Shown in pieces: positions 15,762 to 24,157 of a stretch of 64,000 bases of DNA. Numbering within the stretch: position 1 is the stretch's first letter; each line of letters begins with the position of its first letter. The DNA comes from Candidatus Multivorans sp. (lineage in GTDB: Bacteria; Acidobacteriota; Thermoanaerobaculia; Multivoradales; Multivoraceae). The DNA lies in assembly GCA_965205295.1 (NCBI GenBank), contig OZ242167.1, positions 4,618,048 to 4,682,047 of the forward strand. The letters run 5' to 3'. A program made the position numbers and the translations under genes. The notes beneath the pieces were generated by a model. It was not told the DNA's origin. It ran no database searches and saw only the letters and a program-made list of their open reading frames with translations.

Positions 15762-18700
15762 CTACGGCTCGCAGCTATCGGCGAATGCCGCGACGTCGGT
15801 GATGGCGGGGGCCGGAGCGCCCGGCTCGTTCCGGTACTCCCGGATTTCGCCGGTCCCGGTGTCCGTGACCTCGATCCGGTAACCGAGGTCCGTTGTGGTA
15901 GCGCCGAACACCCAGACGCGACCGTTCACCTCACAGCCGTCCAGGACCTTGATCAGCGTTTCCCAGTTCGCGGTGTCGAAGAACCAGAACATCCCGGAGT
16001 CGTTGGTGCCTTCCCGGACGACCGTGCCGTTGCCCGTCGTGCCGTCCGGCAGCCACCAGTCGATCCGGACCGCGAAGCGGGAGTGCCGCAGGCAGAGCGT
16101 CTCCCGATCCGCCGTACAGGTCCCGGCCGGGATGCTCGCCTCGACCAGGAACGTCCGTGAGGCGGTTGACTCCTCGTCGCCGCCGGCGACGGTGAGCGTC
16201 ACTGTGTAGAAGCCGGGCTCGCCCCAGGCGCGGCTGGCGGTGGTGGAAGTCGCCCTGCGGTCGTCGCCGAAGCTCCAGCGGCGTGTGCGCACCGCCCCGG
16301 TGCTGGTGTCGAAGAATCGGACGGCCTCGCCGGTCAGCGCCCGGCAGAGGTCGTCGGGACAGTCGACGTCGACGGTGAAGGACGCCTTCAACAGGTTTGG
16401 CGTGGTGGCGGAGGCGGCGCTCGACGGGGGGCCCGTGCCGGCGGAGTTGATGGCCGAGACCCGGCAGTGGCGGGTCTGGCCGGGCTGCAGGCCGGTGGTG
16501 CTGTGGGAGGTGGTCGGGCTGCCCGTGTTCGCCACGAGATCGTTCCAGGGGGCGTTGCCGTCGGCGGACCACTCGATCTTGTAGCCGCTGATGTCCGCGC
16601 CGCCGTCGTTCGCGGGGGCGGTCCATAGCAGGTCGATCCGGGTGTTCCCGCTTGCCGTCGCCGAGAGCGACGTGGGAGCGTCCGGGGCGACCGCATCGGT
16701 GGTGGCGGAGGCGCCGCTCGACGGGGCGCCCGTGGCGGCGGAGTTGATGGCCGAGACCCGGTAGTGGCGGGTCTGGCCGGGCTGCAGGCCGGTGTTGCTG
16801 TAGGAGGTGGTCGTGCTGCCCGTGTCGGCCACGAGATCGTTCCAGGGGGCGTTGCCGTCGGCGGACCACTCGATCTTGTAGCCGGTGATATCAGCGCCGC
16901 CGTCGTCCGCGGGTGCGGTCCAGCTCAGGTCGATCCGGGTGGTCCCGCTTGCCGCCGCCGAGAGCGACGTGGGAGCGTCCGGGGCGTCCGCATCGGTGGT
17001 TGCGGAGGCGGCGCTCGACGGGGGGCCCGTGCCGACGGAGTTGATGGCCGAGACCCGGCAGTGGCGGGTCTGGCCGGGCTGCAGGCCGGTGTTGTTGTAG
17101 GTGGTGGTCGTGCTGCCCGTGTCGGCCACGAGCTCGTTCCAGGGGGCGTTGCCGTCTGCGGACCACTCGATGTTGTAGCCGGTGATGTCCCCGCCGCCGT
17201 CGTTCGCGGGGGCGGTCCATAGCAGGTCGATCCGGGTGTTCCCGCTTGCCGTCGCCGAGAGCGACGTGGGAGCGTCCGGGGCGACCGCATCGGTGGTGGC
17301 GGAGGCGGCACTCGACGGGACGCCCGTGCCGGCGGAGTTGATCGCCGAGACCCGGTAGTGGCGGGTCTGGCCGGGCTGCAGGCCGGTGTTGTTGTAGGTG
17401 GTGGTCGTGCTGCCCGTGTCGGCCACGAGCTCGTTCCAGGGGGCGTTGCCGTCGGCGGACCACTCGATGTTGTAGCCGGTGATGTCAGCGCCGCCGTCGT
17501 CCGCGGGTGCGGTCCAGCTCAGGTCGATCCGGGTGGTCCCGTTTGCCGTCGCCGAGAGCGACGTGGGAGCGTCCGGGGCGTTCGCATCGGTGGTTGTGGA
17601 GGCGGCGCTCGACGGAGAGCCCGTGCCGGCGGAGTTGATGGCCGAGACCCGGTAGTGGCGGGTGTCGCCGGGCTGCAGGCCGGTGTTGCTGTAGGAGGTG
17701 GTCGTGCTGCCGGTGTCGGCCACGAGATCGGCCCTGGGGGCGTTGCCGTCGGCGGACCACTCGATCTTGTAGCCGGTGATATCAGCGCCGCCGTCGTTCG
17801 CGGGGGCGGTCCATAGCAGGTCGATCCGGGTGTTCCCGCTTGCCGTCGCCGAGAGCGACGTGGGAGCGTCCGGGGCGACCGCATCGGTGGTGGCGGAGGC
17901 GGCACTCGACGGGACGCCCGTGCCGGCGGAGTTGATCGCCGAGACCCGGTAGTGGCGGGTCTGGCCGGGCTGCAGGCCGGTGTTGTTGTAGGTGGTGGTC
18001 GTGCTGCCCGTGTCGGCCACGAGCTCGTTCCAGGGGGCGTTGCCGTCGGCGGACCACTCGATCTTGTAGCCGGTGATGTCAGCGCCGCCGTCGTCCGCGG
18101 GTGCGGTCCAGCTCAGGTCGATCCGGGTGGTCCCGTTTGCCGTCGCCGAGAGCGACGTGGGAGCGTCCGGGGCGTTCGCATCGGTGGTTGCGGAGGCGGC
18201 GCTCGACGGGGCGCCCGTGCCGGCGGAGTTGATGGCCGAGACCTGGTAGTGGCGGGTCTGGCCGGGCTGCAGGCCGGTGTTGTTGTAGGTGGTGGTGGTG
18301 CTGCCGGTGTCGGCCACGAGCTCGTTCCAGGGGGCGTTGCCGTCGGCGGACCACTCGATGTTGTAGCCGGTGATGTCAGCGCCGCCGTCGTCCGCGGGTG
18401 CGGTCCAGCTCAGGTCGATCCGGGTGGTCCCGTTTGCCGTCGCCGAAAGCGACGTGGGAGCGTCCGGGGCGTTCGCATCGGTGGTTGCGGAGGCGGCGCT
18501 CGACGGGGTGCCCGTGCCGGCGGAGTTGATGGCCGAGACCTGGTAGTGGCGGGTCTGGCCGGGCTGCAGGCCGGTGTTGTTGTAGGTGGTGGTGGTGCTG
18601 CCCGTGTCGGCCACGAGCTCGTTCCAGGGGGCGTTGCCGTCGGCGGACCACTCGATCTTGTAGCCGGTGATGTCCCCGCCGCCGTCGTCCGCGGGGGCGG

Positions 18701-21449
18701 TCCAGCTCAGGTCGATCCGGGTGGTCCCGTTTGCCGTCGCCGAAAGCGACGTGGGAGCGTCCGGGGCGTTCGCATCGGTGGTTGCGGAGGCGGCGCTCGA
18801 CGGGGTGCCCGTGCCGGCGGAGTTGATGGCCGAGACCTGGTAGTGGCGGGTCTGGCCGGGCTGCAGGCCGGTGTTGTTGTAGGTGGTGGTGGTGCTGCCC
18901 GTGTCGGCCACGAGCTCGTTCCAGGGGGCGTTGCCGTCGGCGGACCACTCGATCTTGTAGCCGGTGATGTCCCCGCCGCCGTCGTCCGCGGGTGCGGTCC
19001 AGCTCAGGTCGATCCGGGTGGTCCCGTTTGCCGTCGCCGAGAGCGACGTGGGAGCGTCCGGGGCGTCCGCATCGGTGGTTGCGGAGGCGGCGCTCGACGG
19101 GGTGCCCGTGCCGGCGGAGTTGATGGCCGAGACCCGGTAGTGGCGGGTCTGGCCGGGCTGCAGGCCGGTGTTGTTGTTGTAGGTGGTGGTGGTGCTGCCG
19201 GTGTCGGCCACGAGCTCGTTCCAGGGGGCGTTGCCGTGGGCGGACCACTCGATCTTGTAGCCGGTGATATCAGCGCCGCCGTCGTCCACGGGTGCGGTCC
19301 AGCTCAGGTCGATCCGGGTGGTCCCGTTTGCCGTCGCCGAGAGCGACGTGGGAGCGTCCGGGGCGTCCGCATCGGTGGTTGCGGAGGCGCCGCTCGACGG
19401 GGTGCCCGTGCCGGCGGAGTTGATGGCCGAGACCCGGTAGTGGCGGGTCTGGCCGGGCTGCAGGCCGGTGTTGTTGTAGGTGGTGGTGGTGCTGCCGGTG
19501 TCGGCCACGAGCTCGTTCCAGGGGGCGTTGCCGTCGGCGGACCACTCGATCTTGTAGCCGGTGATGTCCCCGCCGCCGTCGTCCGCGGGTGCGGTCCAGC
19601 TCAGGTCGATCCGGGTGGTCCCGTTTGCCGTCGCCGAGAGCGACGTGGGAGCGTCCGGGGCGTCCGCACCGGTGGTTGCGGAGGCGCCGCTCGACGGGGT
19701 GCCCGTGCCGGCGGAGTTGATGGCCGAGACCCGGTAGTGGCGGGTCTGGCCGGGCTGCAGGCCGGTGTTGTTGTAGGTGGTGGTGGTGCTGCCGGTGTCG
19801 GCCACGAGCTCGTTCCAGGGGGCGTTGCCGTCGGCGGACCACTCGATCTTGTAGCCGGTGATGTCCCCGCCGCCGTCGTTCGCGGGGGCGGTCCATAGCA
19901 GGTCGATCCGGGTGGTCCCGCTTGCCGTCGCCGAGAGCGACGTGGGAGCGGCCGGGGCGGTGGCGACGGTGTTGGATTTGAGGTGGCCGTTGATGGCGAT
20001 CAGCAGGGAATGAGTGGTGGTGGCGTTCATCCACACTGTCCCGTCCCCGTCCTCCGGGGTTTGCATGTGGCGGTCCGCCACCCTCCACCCAGGCTCGCCC
20101 GTTTGGTCGTTGCTTGCATGGGTTGCGACGTTCCAACCGTGGTCACCTTTGTCGATTCTCACAAAGTAGCCCGTCTCCGAAAGGAGCGTGATCCCCGACG
20201 GCGCCGTGTAACTTATGTTCGTGTAGGTCCCCGTGGTTCCCTCCAGGCTTCCGGTAGGCGCTTCGAGCGTTGCCGTGACCGTTCCGTTGGGGCTGCTGCC
20301 GCTGATTATCTTCACGGTCGGATAGGTCCTTGAGCCGGCGTTGAGCCGGGCCCTGATCACGGCGCCGCTCAGTGTGTAGCCGAGGGCGTTGGTGCCGGCC
20401 TTGAAACCTTGCGCTAGACCGCGATTGGCAAAAGAAATAGAACGGACATCACCCACATTGGTATTGAGGACAAGCGGGCTAGACGTGGGAGTGGTGGCGG
20501 AGGCGACGTTCGACACGGCGCCCGTGCCGAGGGAGTTGATGGCCGAGACCCTGTAGTGGCGGGTCTGGCCGGGCTGCAGGCCGGTGTCGCTGTAGGTGGT
20601 GTCCCTGCTGCCCGTGCTGGCCACGAGCTCGTTCCAGGGGGCGTTGCCGCCGGCGGACCACTCGATCTTGTAGCCGGTGATGGTACGGCCGCCGTCGTTC
20701 GCGGGGGCGGTCCAGCTCAGGTCGATCCGGGTGGTCCCGCTTGCCGTCGCCGAGAGCGACGTGGAAGCGTCCGGGGCGCCCGGAGGGGTGGCGATCTTGC
20801 CCTTGACGGCGATTACGGCGGACGTTCCCGACGAAATGTCAAACCACGTTTGCGCGGTGTTGGCGGTGGTCTGCTTGGCGGCGTTCGCCAAGCTCCACCC
20901 CGACAAGCCCGTGTCACTGTCGGAGGCAGCGAGCCTGACGCCCGTGTTGTCGTTGTCGTTTTTATTCCACCTCACATAGTAGGTCGTCGTTGGAAGGAGT
21001 GTGATCACCGTCGGCAGCGTGTAAGTGGCGTTGACAATAGAGAAAATGTCGCCGGAAGCCCGCGGAAACGGGTTGGGCGGTGAGAGCGTCGCCACGACAG
21101 TCCCGTCTGGGGCGCCCTGGACGATGTCCACGGGCGGTGCGGTTGGGTTCGAGGGGACGGCGAGCTTCATCGTGACCTCGTGCAGTTCGTAGCCCAAGGT
21201 TTCGCTGCCGGTCGTGAAACCTTGCGCAACGCTCCGGTTGCTTATTGACAGATGTGTGGTGTCAGTCTCCGAGGTATTGGAAACAAGCGTGATTGTCTGT
21301 GCGACTGCCGGCAACGTGAAGAGCGCGGCGAGCGCCGGCGCCGCGAGCGCGGCGAGCCTGGCAGTGGCGAGGCGGCGGCAGGGCGCTGGACCAGCCATCG
21401 TCTTGGTGGGGGGGCTATTGGACAATGCGCACTGCCATATGGCAGTCAT
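15762..21449 (-). CDS. Giant secreted FN3/PKD/Cys-CTD family protein, paralog C (1895 aa: N-module, FN3, second N-module, 12 tandem FN3, PKD, CTD; no PE linker)
   Basis: Single intact ORF. MTAIWQ..RLAALAAPALAALFTLPAVAQ signal. 13 copies of the ..DLSWTAPADDGGADITGYKIEWSADGNAPWNELVADTGSTTTTYNNTGLQPGQTRHYRVSAINSAGTG.. module. Ends ..ATTPNLLKASFTVDVDCPDDLCRAL..CTADRETLCLRH..ADSCEP. Confidence 0.85.
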   Translation of the reverse strand: MTAIWQCALSNSPPTKTMAGPAPCRRLATARLAALAAPALAALFTLPAVAQTITLVSNTSETDTTHLSISNRSVAQGFTTGSETLGYELHEVTMKLAVPSNPTAPPVDIVQGAPDGTVVATLSPPNPFPRASGDIFSIVNATYTLPTVITLLPTTTYYVRWNKNDNDNTGVRLAASDSDTGLSGWSLANAAKQTTANTAQTWFDISSGTSAVIAVKGKIATPPGAPDASTSLSATASGTTRIDLSWTAPANDGGRTITGYKIEWSAGGNAPWNELVASTGSRDTTYSDTGLQPGQTRHYRVSAINSLGTGAVSNVASATTPTSSPLVLNTNVGDVRSISFANRGLAQGFKAGTNALGYTLSGAVIRARLNAGSRTYPTVKIISGSSPNGTVTATLEAPTGSLEGTTGTYTNISYTAPSGITLLSETGYFVRIDKGDHGWNVATHASNDQTGEPGWRVADRHMQTPEDGDGTVWMNATTTHSLLIAINGHLKSNTVATAPAAPTSLSATASGTTRIDLLWTAPANDGGGDITGYKIEWSADGNAPWNELVADTGSTTTTYNNTGLQPGQTRHYRVSAINSAGTGTPSSGASATTGADAPDAPTSLSATANGTTRIDLSWTAPADDGGGDITGYKIEWSADGNAPWNELVADTGSTTTTYNNTGLQPGQTRHYRVSAINSAGTGTPSSGASATTDADAPDAPTSLSATANGTTRIDLSWTAPVDDGGADITGYKIEWSAHGNAPWNELVADTGSTTTTYNNNTGLQPGQTRHYRVSAINSAGTGTPSSAASATTDADAPDAPTSLSATANGTTRIDLSWTAPADDGGGDITGYKIEWSADGNAPWNELVADTGSTTTTYNNTGLQPGQTRHYQVSAINSAGTGTPSSAASATTDANAPDAPTSLSATANGTTRIDLSWTAPADDGGGDITGYKIEWSADGNAPWNELVADTGSTTTTYNNTGLQPGQTRHYQVSAINSAGTGTPSSAASATTDANAPDAPTSLSATANGTTRIDLSWTAPADDGGADITGYNIEWSADGNAPWNELVADTGSTTTTYNNTGLQPGQTRHYQVSAINSAGTGAPSSAASATTDANAPDAPTSLSATANGTTRIDLSWTAPADDGGADITGYKIEWSADGNAPWNELVADTGSTTTTYNNTGLQPGQTRHYRVSAINSAGTGVPSSAASATTDAVAPDAPTSLSATASGNTRIDLLWTAPANDGGADITGYKIEWSADGNAPRADLVADTGSTTTSYSNTGLQPGDTRHYRVSAINSAGTGSPSSAASTTTDANAPDAPTSLSATANGTTRIDLSWTAPADDGGADITGYNIEWSADGNAPWNELVADTGSTTTTYNNTGLQPGQTRHYRVSAINSAGTGVPSSAASATTDAVAPDAPTSLSATASGNTRIDLLWTAPANDGGGDITGYNIEWSADGNAPWNELVADTGSTTTTYNNTGLQPGQTRHCRVSAINSVGTGPPSSAASATTDADAPDAPTSLSAAASGTTRIDLSWTAPADDGGADITGYKIEWSADGNAPWNDLVADTGSTTTSYSNTGLQPGQTRHYRVSAINSAATGAPSSGASATTDAVAPDAPTSLSATASGNTRIDLLWTAPANDGGADISGYKIEWSADGNAPWNDLVANTGSPTTSHSTTGLQPGQTRHCRVSAINSAGTGPPSSAASATTPNLLKASFTVDVDCPDDLCRALTGEAVRFFDTSTGAVRTRRWSFGDDRRATSTTASRAWGEPGFYTVTLTVAGGDEESTASRTFLVEASIPAGTCTADRETLCLRHSRFAVRIDWWLPDGTTGNGTVVREGTNDSGMFWFFDTANWETLIKVLDGCEVNGRVWVFGATTTDLGYRIEVTDTGTGEIREYRNEPGAPAPAITDVAAFADSCEP
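16397..19965 (-). repeat. Coding tandem repeat array, 12 units of 297 bp (99-aa FN3 module), paralog C
   Basis: Shadow ORFs recur at 297-bp or 594-bp spacing (17358/17952, 18079/18376). The unit sequence gatcttgtagccggtgat..ccagctcaggtcgatccgggtggtccc recurs. One unit carries a 3-nt (extra Asn) insertion. Confidence 0.85.
21431..21446. promoter_or_regulatory. 16-bp perfect palindrome ACTGCCATATGGCAGT immediately after the paralog C start codon (codons 2-6)
   Basis: Read directly. An identical copy lies at 24043-24058 in paralog D; the paralog E copy is degenerate (actgccacgcggtagt). Confidence 0.5.
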
Positions 21450-21471
21450 CTGATGAGGATGATTCCCTTGG

Positions 21472-21501
21472 TTTCGAGATTCGAGGACTCGAATCTCGAA
21501 A
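21472..21501. promoter_or_regulatory. Perfect 14-bp inverted repeat with 2-nt spacer (TTTCGAGATTCGAG-GA-CTCGAATCTCGAAA) in the 5' leader of paralog C
   Basis: Read directly. It lies 23-52 nt upstream of ATG 21449 and could be an operator or an mRNA hairpin. Confidence 0.5.
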
Positions 21502-21524
21502 TCCTAGGCCGGTAGCTACCGCGC

Positions 21525-21546
21525 TGTCGCCTACAGAATTGCGGGG
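21525..21546 (-). promoter_or_regulatory. Family-conserved upstream element, copy C
   Basis: tgtcgcctacagaattgcgggg lies 76-97 nt upstream of the start. Confidence 0.55.
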
Positions 21547-21709
21547 GGCCGCACTCACTTCCGTACGTCGCTGCGGCCGGCGGACTGAGCGCTACACGGG
21601 CAACCTCCGGACAAGCGAGCGGCGGTCGTTGAGCCGCTGGCGGCAGCCGCCGCACTGACCACGCTCGGCACGTTCTTGCACCTTGCGGTTCTTCGCGTCC
21701 CGCGGCTCG

Positions 21710-24061
21710 CTACGGCTCGCAGCTATTGGCGAATGCCGTGACGTCGGTGAACGCGGGGGCCGGGGCGCCAGGCTCGTTCCGGTACTCGCGGATCTCGCCG
21801 GTCCCGGTGTCCGTCACCTCGATCCGGTAGCCGATGTCCGTTGTGGCAGCGCCGAACACCCAGACGCGACCGTTCACCTCACAGCCGTCCAGGACCTTGA
21901 TCAGTGTTTCCCAGTTCGCGGTGTCGAAGAACCAGAACATCCCGGAGTCGTTGGTGCCTTCCCGGACGACCGTGCCGTTGCCCGTCGTGCCGTCCGGCAG
22001 CCACCAGTCGATCCGGACCGCGAAGCGGGAGTGCCGCAGGCAGAGCGTCTCCCGATTTGCCGTACAGGTCCCGGCCGGGATGCTCGCCTCGACCAGAAAC
22101 GTCCGTGAGGCGGTTGACTCCTTGTTGCCGCCGGCGACGGTGAGCGTCACTGGGTAGAAGCCGGGCTCGCCCCAGGCGCGGCTGGCGGTGGGGGAAGTCG
22201 CGCTGCGGTCGTCGCCGAAGCTCCAGCGGCGTGTGCGCACCGCCCCGGTGCTGGTGTCGAAGAATCGGACGGCATCGCCGGTCAGCGCCCGGCAGAGGTC
22301 GTCGGGACATTCGACATCGACGGTGAAGGACGCCTTCAACGGGCCGGGTTCAGGTTCGGGTTCGGGTTCAGGTTCGGGTTCAGGTTCGGGTTCAGGTTCG
22401 GGTTCAGGCTCGGGTTCAGGCTCGGGTTCAGGTGGCGGAGGCGACGTGGTAGGCGGTGATGGCGATCCTGTGGATGGCGGAGCTGGCGTCGGCGGGTCCT
22501 GCGTGGCTGCGGAGGCACCGCTCGACGGGGCGCTCGTGGCGGCGGAGTTGATGGCCGAGACCCGGTAGTGGCGGGTCTGGCCGCGCTGCAGGCTGGTGTC
22601 GCTGTAGAAGGTGACCGCGCTGCCCGTGTTCGCCACGAGCTCGGTCCAGGGGGCGTTGCCGTCTGCGGACCACTCGATCTTGTAGCCGGTGATGTTCGCG
22701 CCGCCGTTGTTCGCGGGGGCGGTCCATTGCAGGTCGATCCGGGTGGTCCCGCTTGCCGTCGCCGAGAGCGACGTGGGAGCGTCCGGGGCGACGACCGCAG
22801 CGGTGGTGGCGGAGGCGACGCCCGACGGGGCGCCCGTGCCGACGGAGTTGATGGCCGAGACCTGGTAGTGGCGGGTCTGGCCGGGCTGCAGGCCGGTGTC
22901 GTTGTAGGAGGTGGTCGTGCTGCCGGTGTTCGCTGCGAGAACGGTCCAGGAGGCGTTGCCGCCGATGGACGACTCGATCTTGTAGCCGGTGATGGTCTGG
23001 CCGCCGTCGTGCGCGGGGGCGGTCCATTGCAGGTCGATCCGGGTGGTCCCGCTTGCCGTCGCCGAGAGCGACGATGGAGCGGCCGGGGCGGCCGTAGCGG
23101 TGGTGGCGGAGGCGCCGCTCGACGGGGAGCCTGCGCCGGCGATGTTGATGGCCGAGACCCGGTAGTGGCGGGTTTGGCCGGGCTGCACGCCGGTGTCGCT
23201 GTAGGAGGTGGTCGCGCTGCCCGTGTTCGCCACGAGATCGGTCCAGGGGGCGTTGCCGTTGACGGACCACTCGATCTTGTAACCGATGATGTTCTCGCCG
23301 CCGGTGTTCGCGGGGGCGGTCCATTGCAGGTCGATCCGGGTGGTCCCGCTTGCCGTCGCCGAGAGCGACGTGGGAGCGTCCGGGGTGCTCCCATTTGTGA
23401 GGACCTTGCCCTTGACGGCGATTACGGCGGAGGATCCCGACGAAGTGTCAAACCACGTGTGCGCGTCGTTGGCGGTGGTCTGCTTGACGGCGTTCGCCAA
23501 GCTCCACCCCCACATGCTCGTGTCACTGTCGGAGCCAGCGAGCCTGACGCTCGCGTCGTTGTTGTGGTCGTGTCTGTTCCACCTCACATAGTAGGTCGTC
23601 GTTGGAAGGAGTGTGATCGCCGTCGGCAGCGTGTAGGTGGTGGTGACAATAGAGAAAATGTCGCCGGAAGCCCGCGGGAACGGGTTGGGCGGTGAGAGCG
23701 TCGCCACGACAGTCCCGTTTGGGGCGCCCCGGACGATGCTCACGGGCGGTGCGGTTGGGTTCGAGGGGACGATGAGCTTCATCGTGACCTCGTGCAGTTC
23801 GTAGCCCAAGGATCGGCTGCCGGTCGTGAAACCTTGCGCAACGCTCCGGTTGCTCATTGACAGATGTGTGGTGTCAGTCTCCGAGGTATTGGAAACAAGC
23901 GTGATTGTCTGTGCGACTGCCGGCAACGTGAAGAGCGCGGCGAGCGCCGGCGCCGCGAGCGCGGCGAGCCTGGCAGTGGCGAGGCGGCGGCAGGGCGCCG
24001 GGCCAGCCACGGTCTTGGTGGGGGGGCTATTGGACAATGCGCACTGCCATATGGCAGTCAT
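21710..24061 (-). CDS. Secreted FN3/PKD/Cys-CTD family protein, paralog D (783 aa: N-module, 3 FN3, Pro-rich + long (PE)n linker, PKD, CTD)
   Basis: Intact ORF. The first ~200 aa are nearly identical to paralog C. The CTD is nearly identical to paralog F (..WWLPDGTTGNGTVVREGTNDSGMFWFFDTANWETLIKVLDGCEVNGRVWVFGAATTDIGYRIEV..FANSCEP). Confidence 0.85.
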   Translation of the reverse strand: MTAIWQCALSNSPPTKTVAGPAPCRRLATARLAALAAPALAALFTLPAVAQTITLVSNTSETDTTHLSMSNRSVAQGFTTGSRSLGYELHEVTMKLIVPSNPTAPPVSIVRGAPNGTVVATLSPPNPFPRASGDIFSIVTTTYTLPTAITLLPTTTYYVRWNRHDHNNDASVRLAGSDSDTSMWGWSLANAVKQTTANDAHTWFDTSSGSSAVIAVKGKVLTNGSTPDAPTSLSATASGTTRIDLQWTAPANTGGENIIGYKIEWSVNGNAPWTDLVANTGSATTSYSDTGVQPGQTRHYRVSAINIAGAGSPSSGASATTATAAPAAPSSLSATASGTTRIDLQWTAPAHDGGQTITGYKIESSIGGNASWTVLAANTGSTTTSYNDTGLQPGQTRHYQVSAINSVGTGAPSGVASATTAAVVAPDAPTSLSATASGTTRIDLQWTAPANNGGANITGYKIEWSADGNAPWTELVANTGSAVTFYSDTSLQRGQTRHYRVSAINSAATSAPSSGASAATQDPPTPAPPSTGSPSPPTTSPPPPEPEPEPEPEPEPEPEPEPEPEPEPEPEPGPLKASFTVDVECPDDLCRALTGDAVRFFDTSTGAVRTRRWSFGDDRSATSPTASRAWGEPGFYPVTLTVAGGNKESTASRTFLVEASIPAGTCTANRETLCLRHSRFAVRIDWWLPDGTTGNGTVVREGTNDSGMFWFFDTANWETLIKVLDGCEVNGRVWVFGAATTDIGYRIEVTDTGTGEIREYRNEPGAPAPAFTDVTAFANSCEP
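22345..22432 (-). repeat. (GGYTCR)n microsatellite, about 14 units, encoding the (PE)n linker, paralog D
   Basis: gggttcaggttcgggttcgggttcaggttcgggttc... read directly. Confidence 0.85.
24043..24058. promoter_or_regulatory. 16-bp perfect palindrome ACTGCCATATGGCAGT after the paralog D start codon
   Basis: Identical to 21431-21446. Confidence 0.5.
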
Positions 24062-24083
24062 CTGATGAGGATGATTCCCTTGG

Positions 24084-24113
24084 TTTCGAGATTCGAGGAC
24101 TCGAAATTCGAAA
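24084..24113. promoter_or_regulatory. Inverted repeat in the 5' leader of paralog D (TTTCGAGATTCGAG-GA-CTCGAAATTCGAAA; 2 mismatches in the right arm)
   Basis: Read directly; homologous to 21472-21501. Confidence 0.45.
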
Positions 24114-24136
24114 TCCTAGGCCGGTAGCTACCGCGC

Positions 24137-24157
24137 TGTCGCCTACAGAATTGCGGG
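24137..24157 (-). promoter_or_regulatory. Family-conserved upstream element, copy D
   Basis: tgtcgcctacagaattgcggg lies 76-96 nt upstream of ATG 24061. Confidence 0.55.

Larger units (their letters stand above)
21450..21709. repeat. 260-bp intergenic unit (copy 1 of 2). Holds the copC-stop/copD relic, the family upstream element, a 12-bp palindrome CGGTAGCTACCG and a 30-bp inverted repeat
   Basis: Nearly identical to 24062-24321, with a handful of mismatches by eye. A shortened version lacking the copD relic lies at 32604-32729. Confidence 0.85.
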
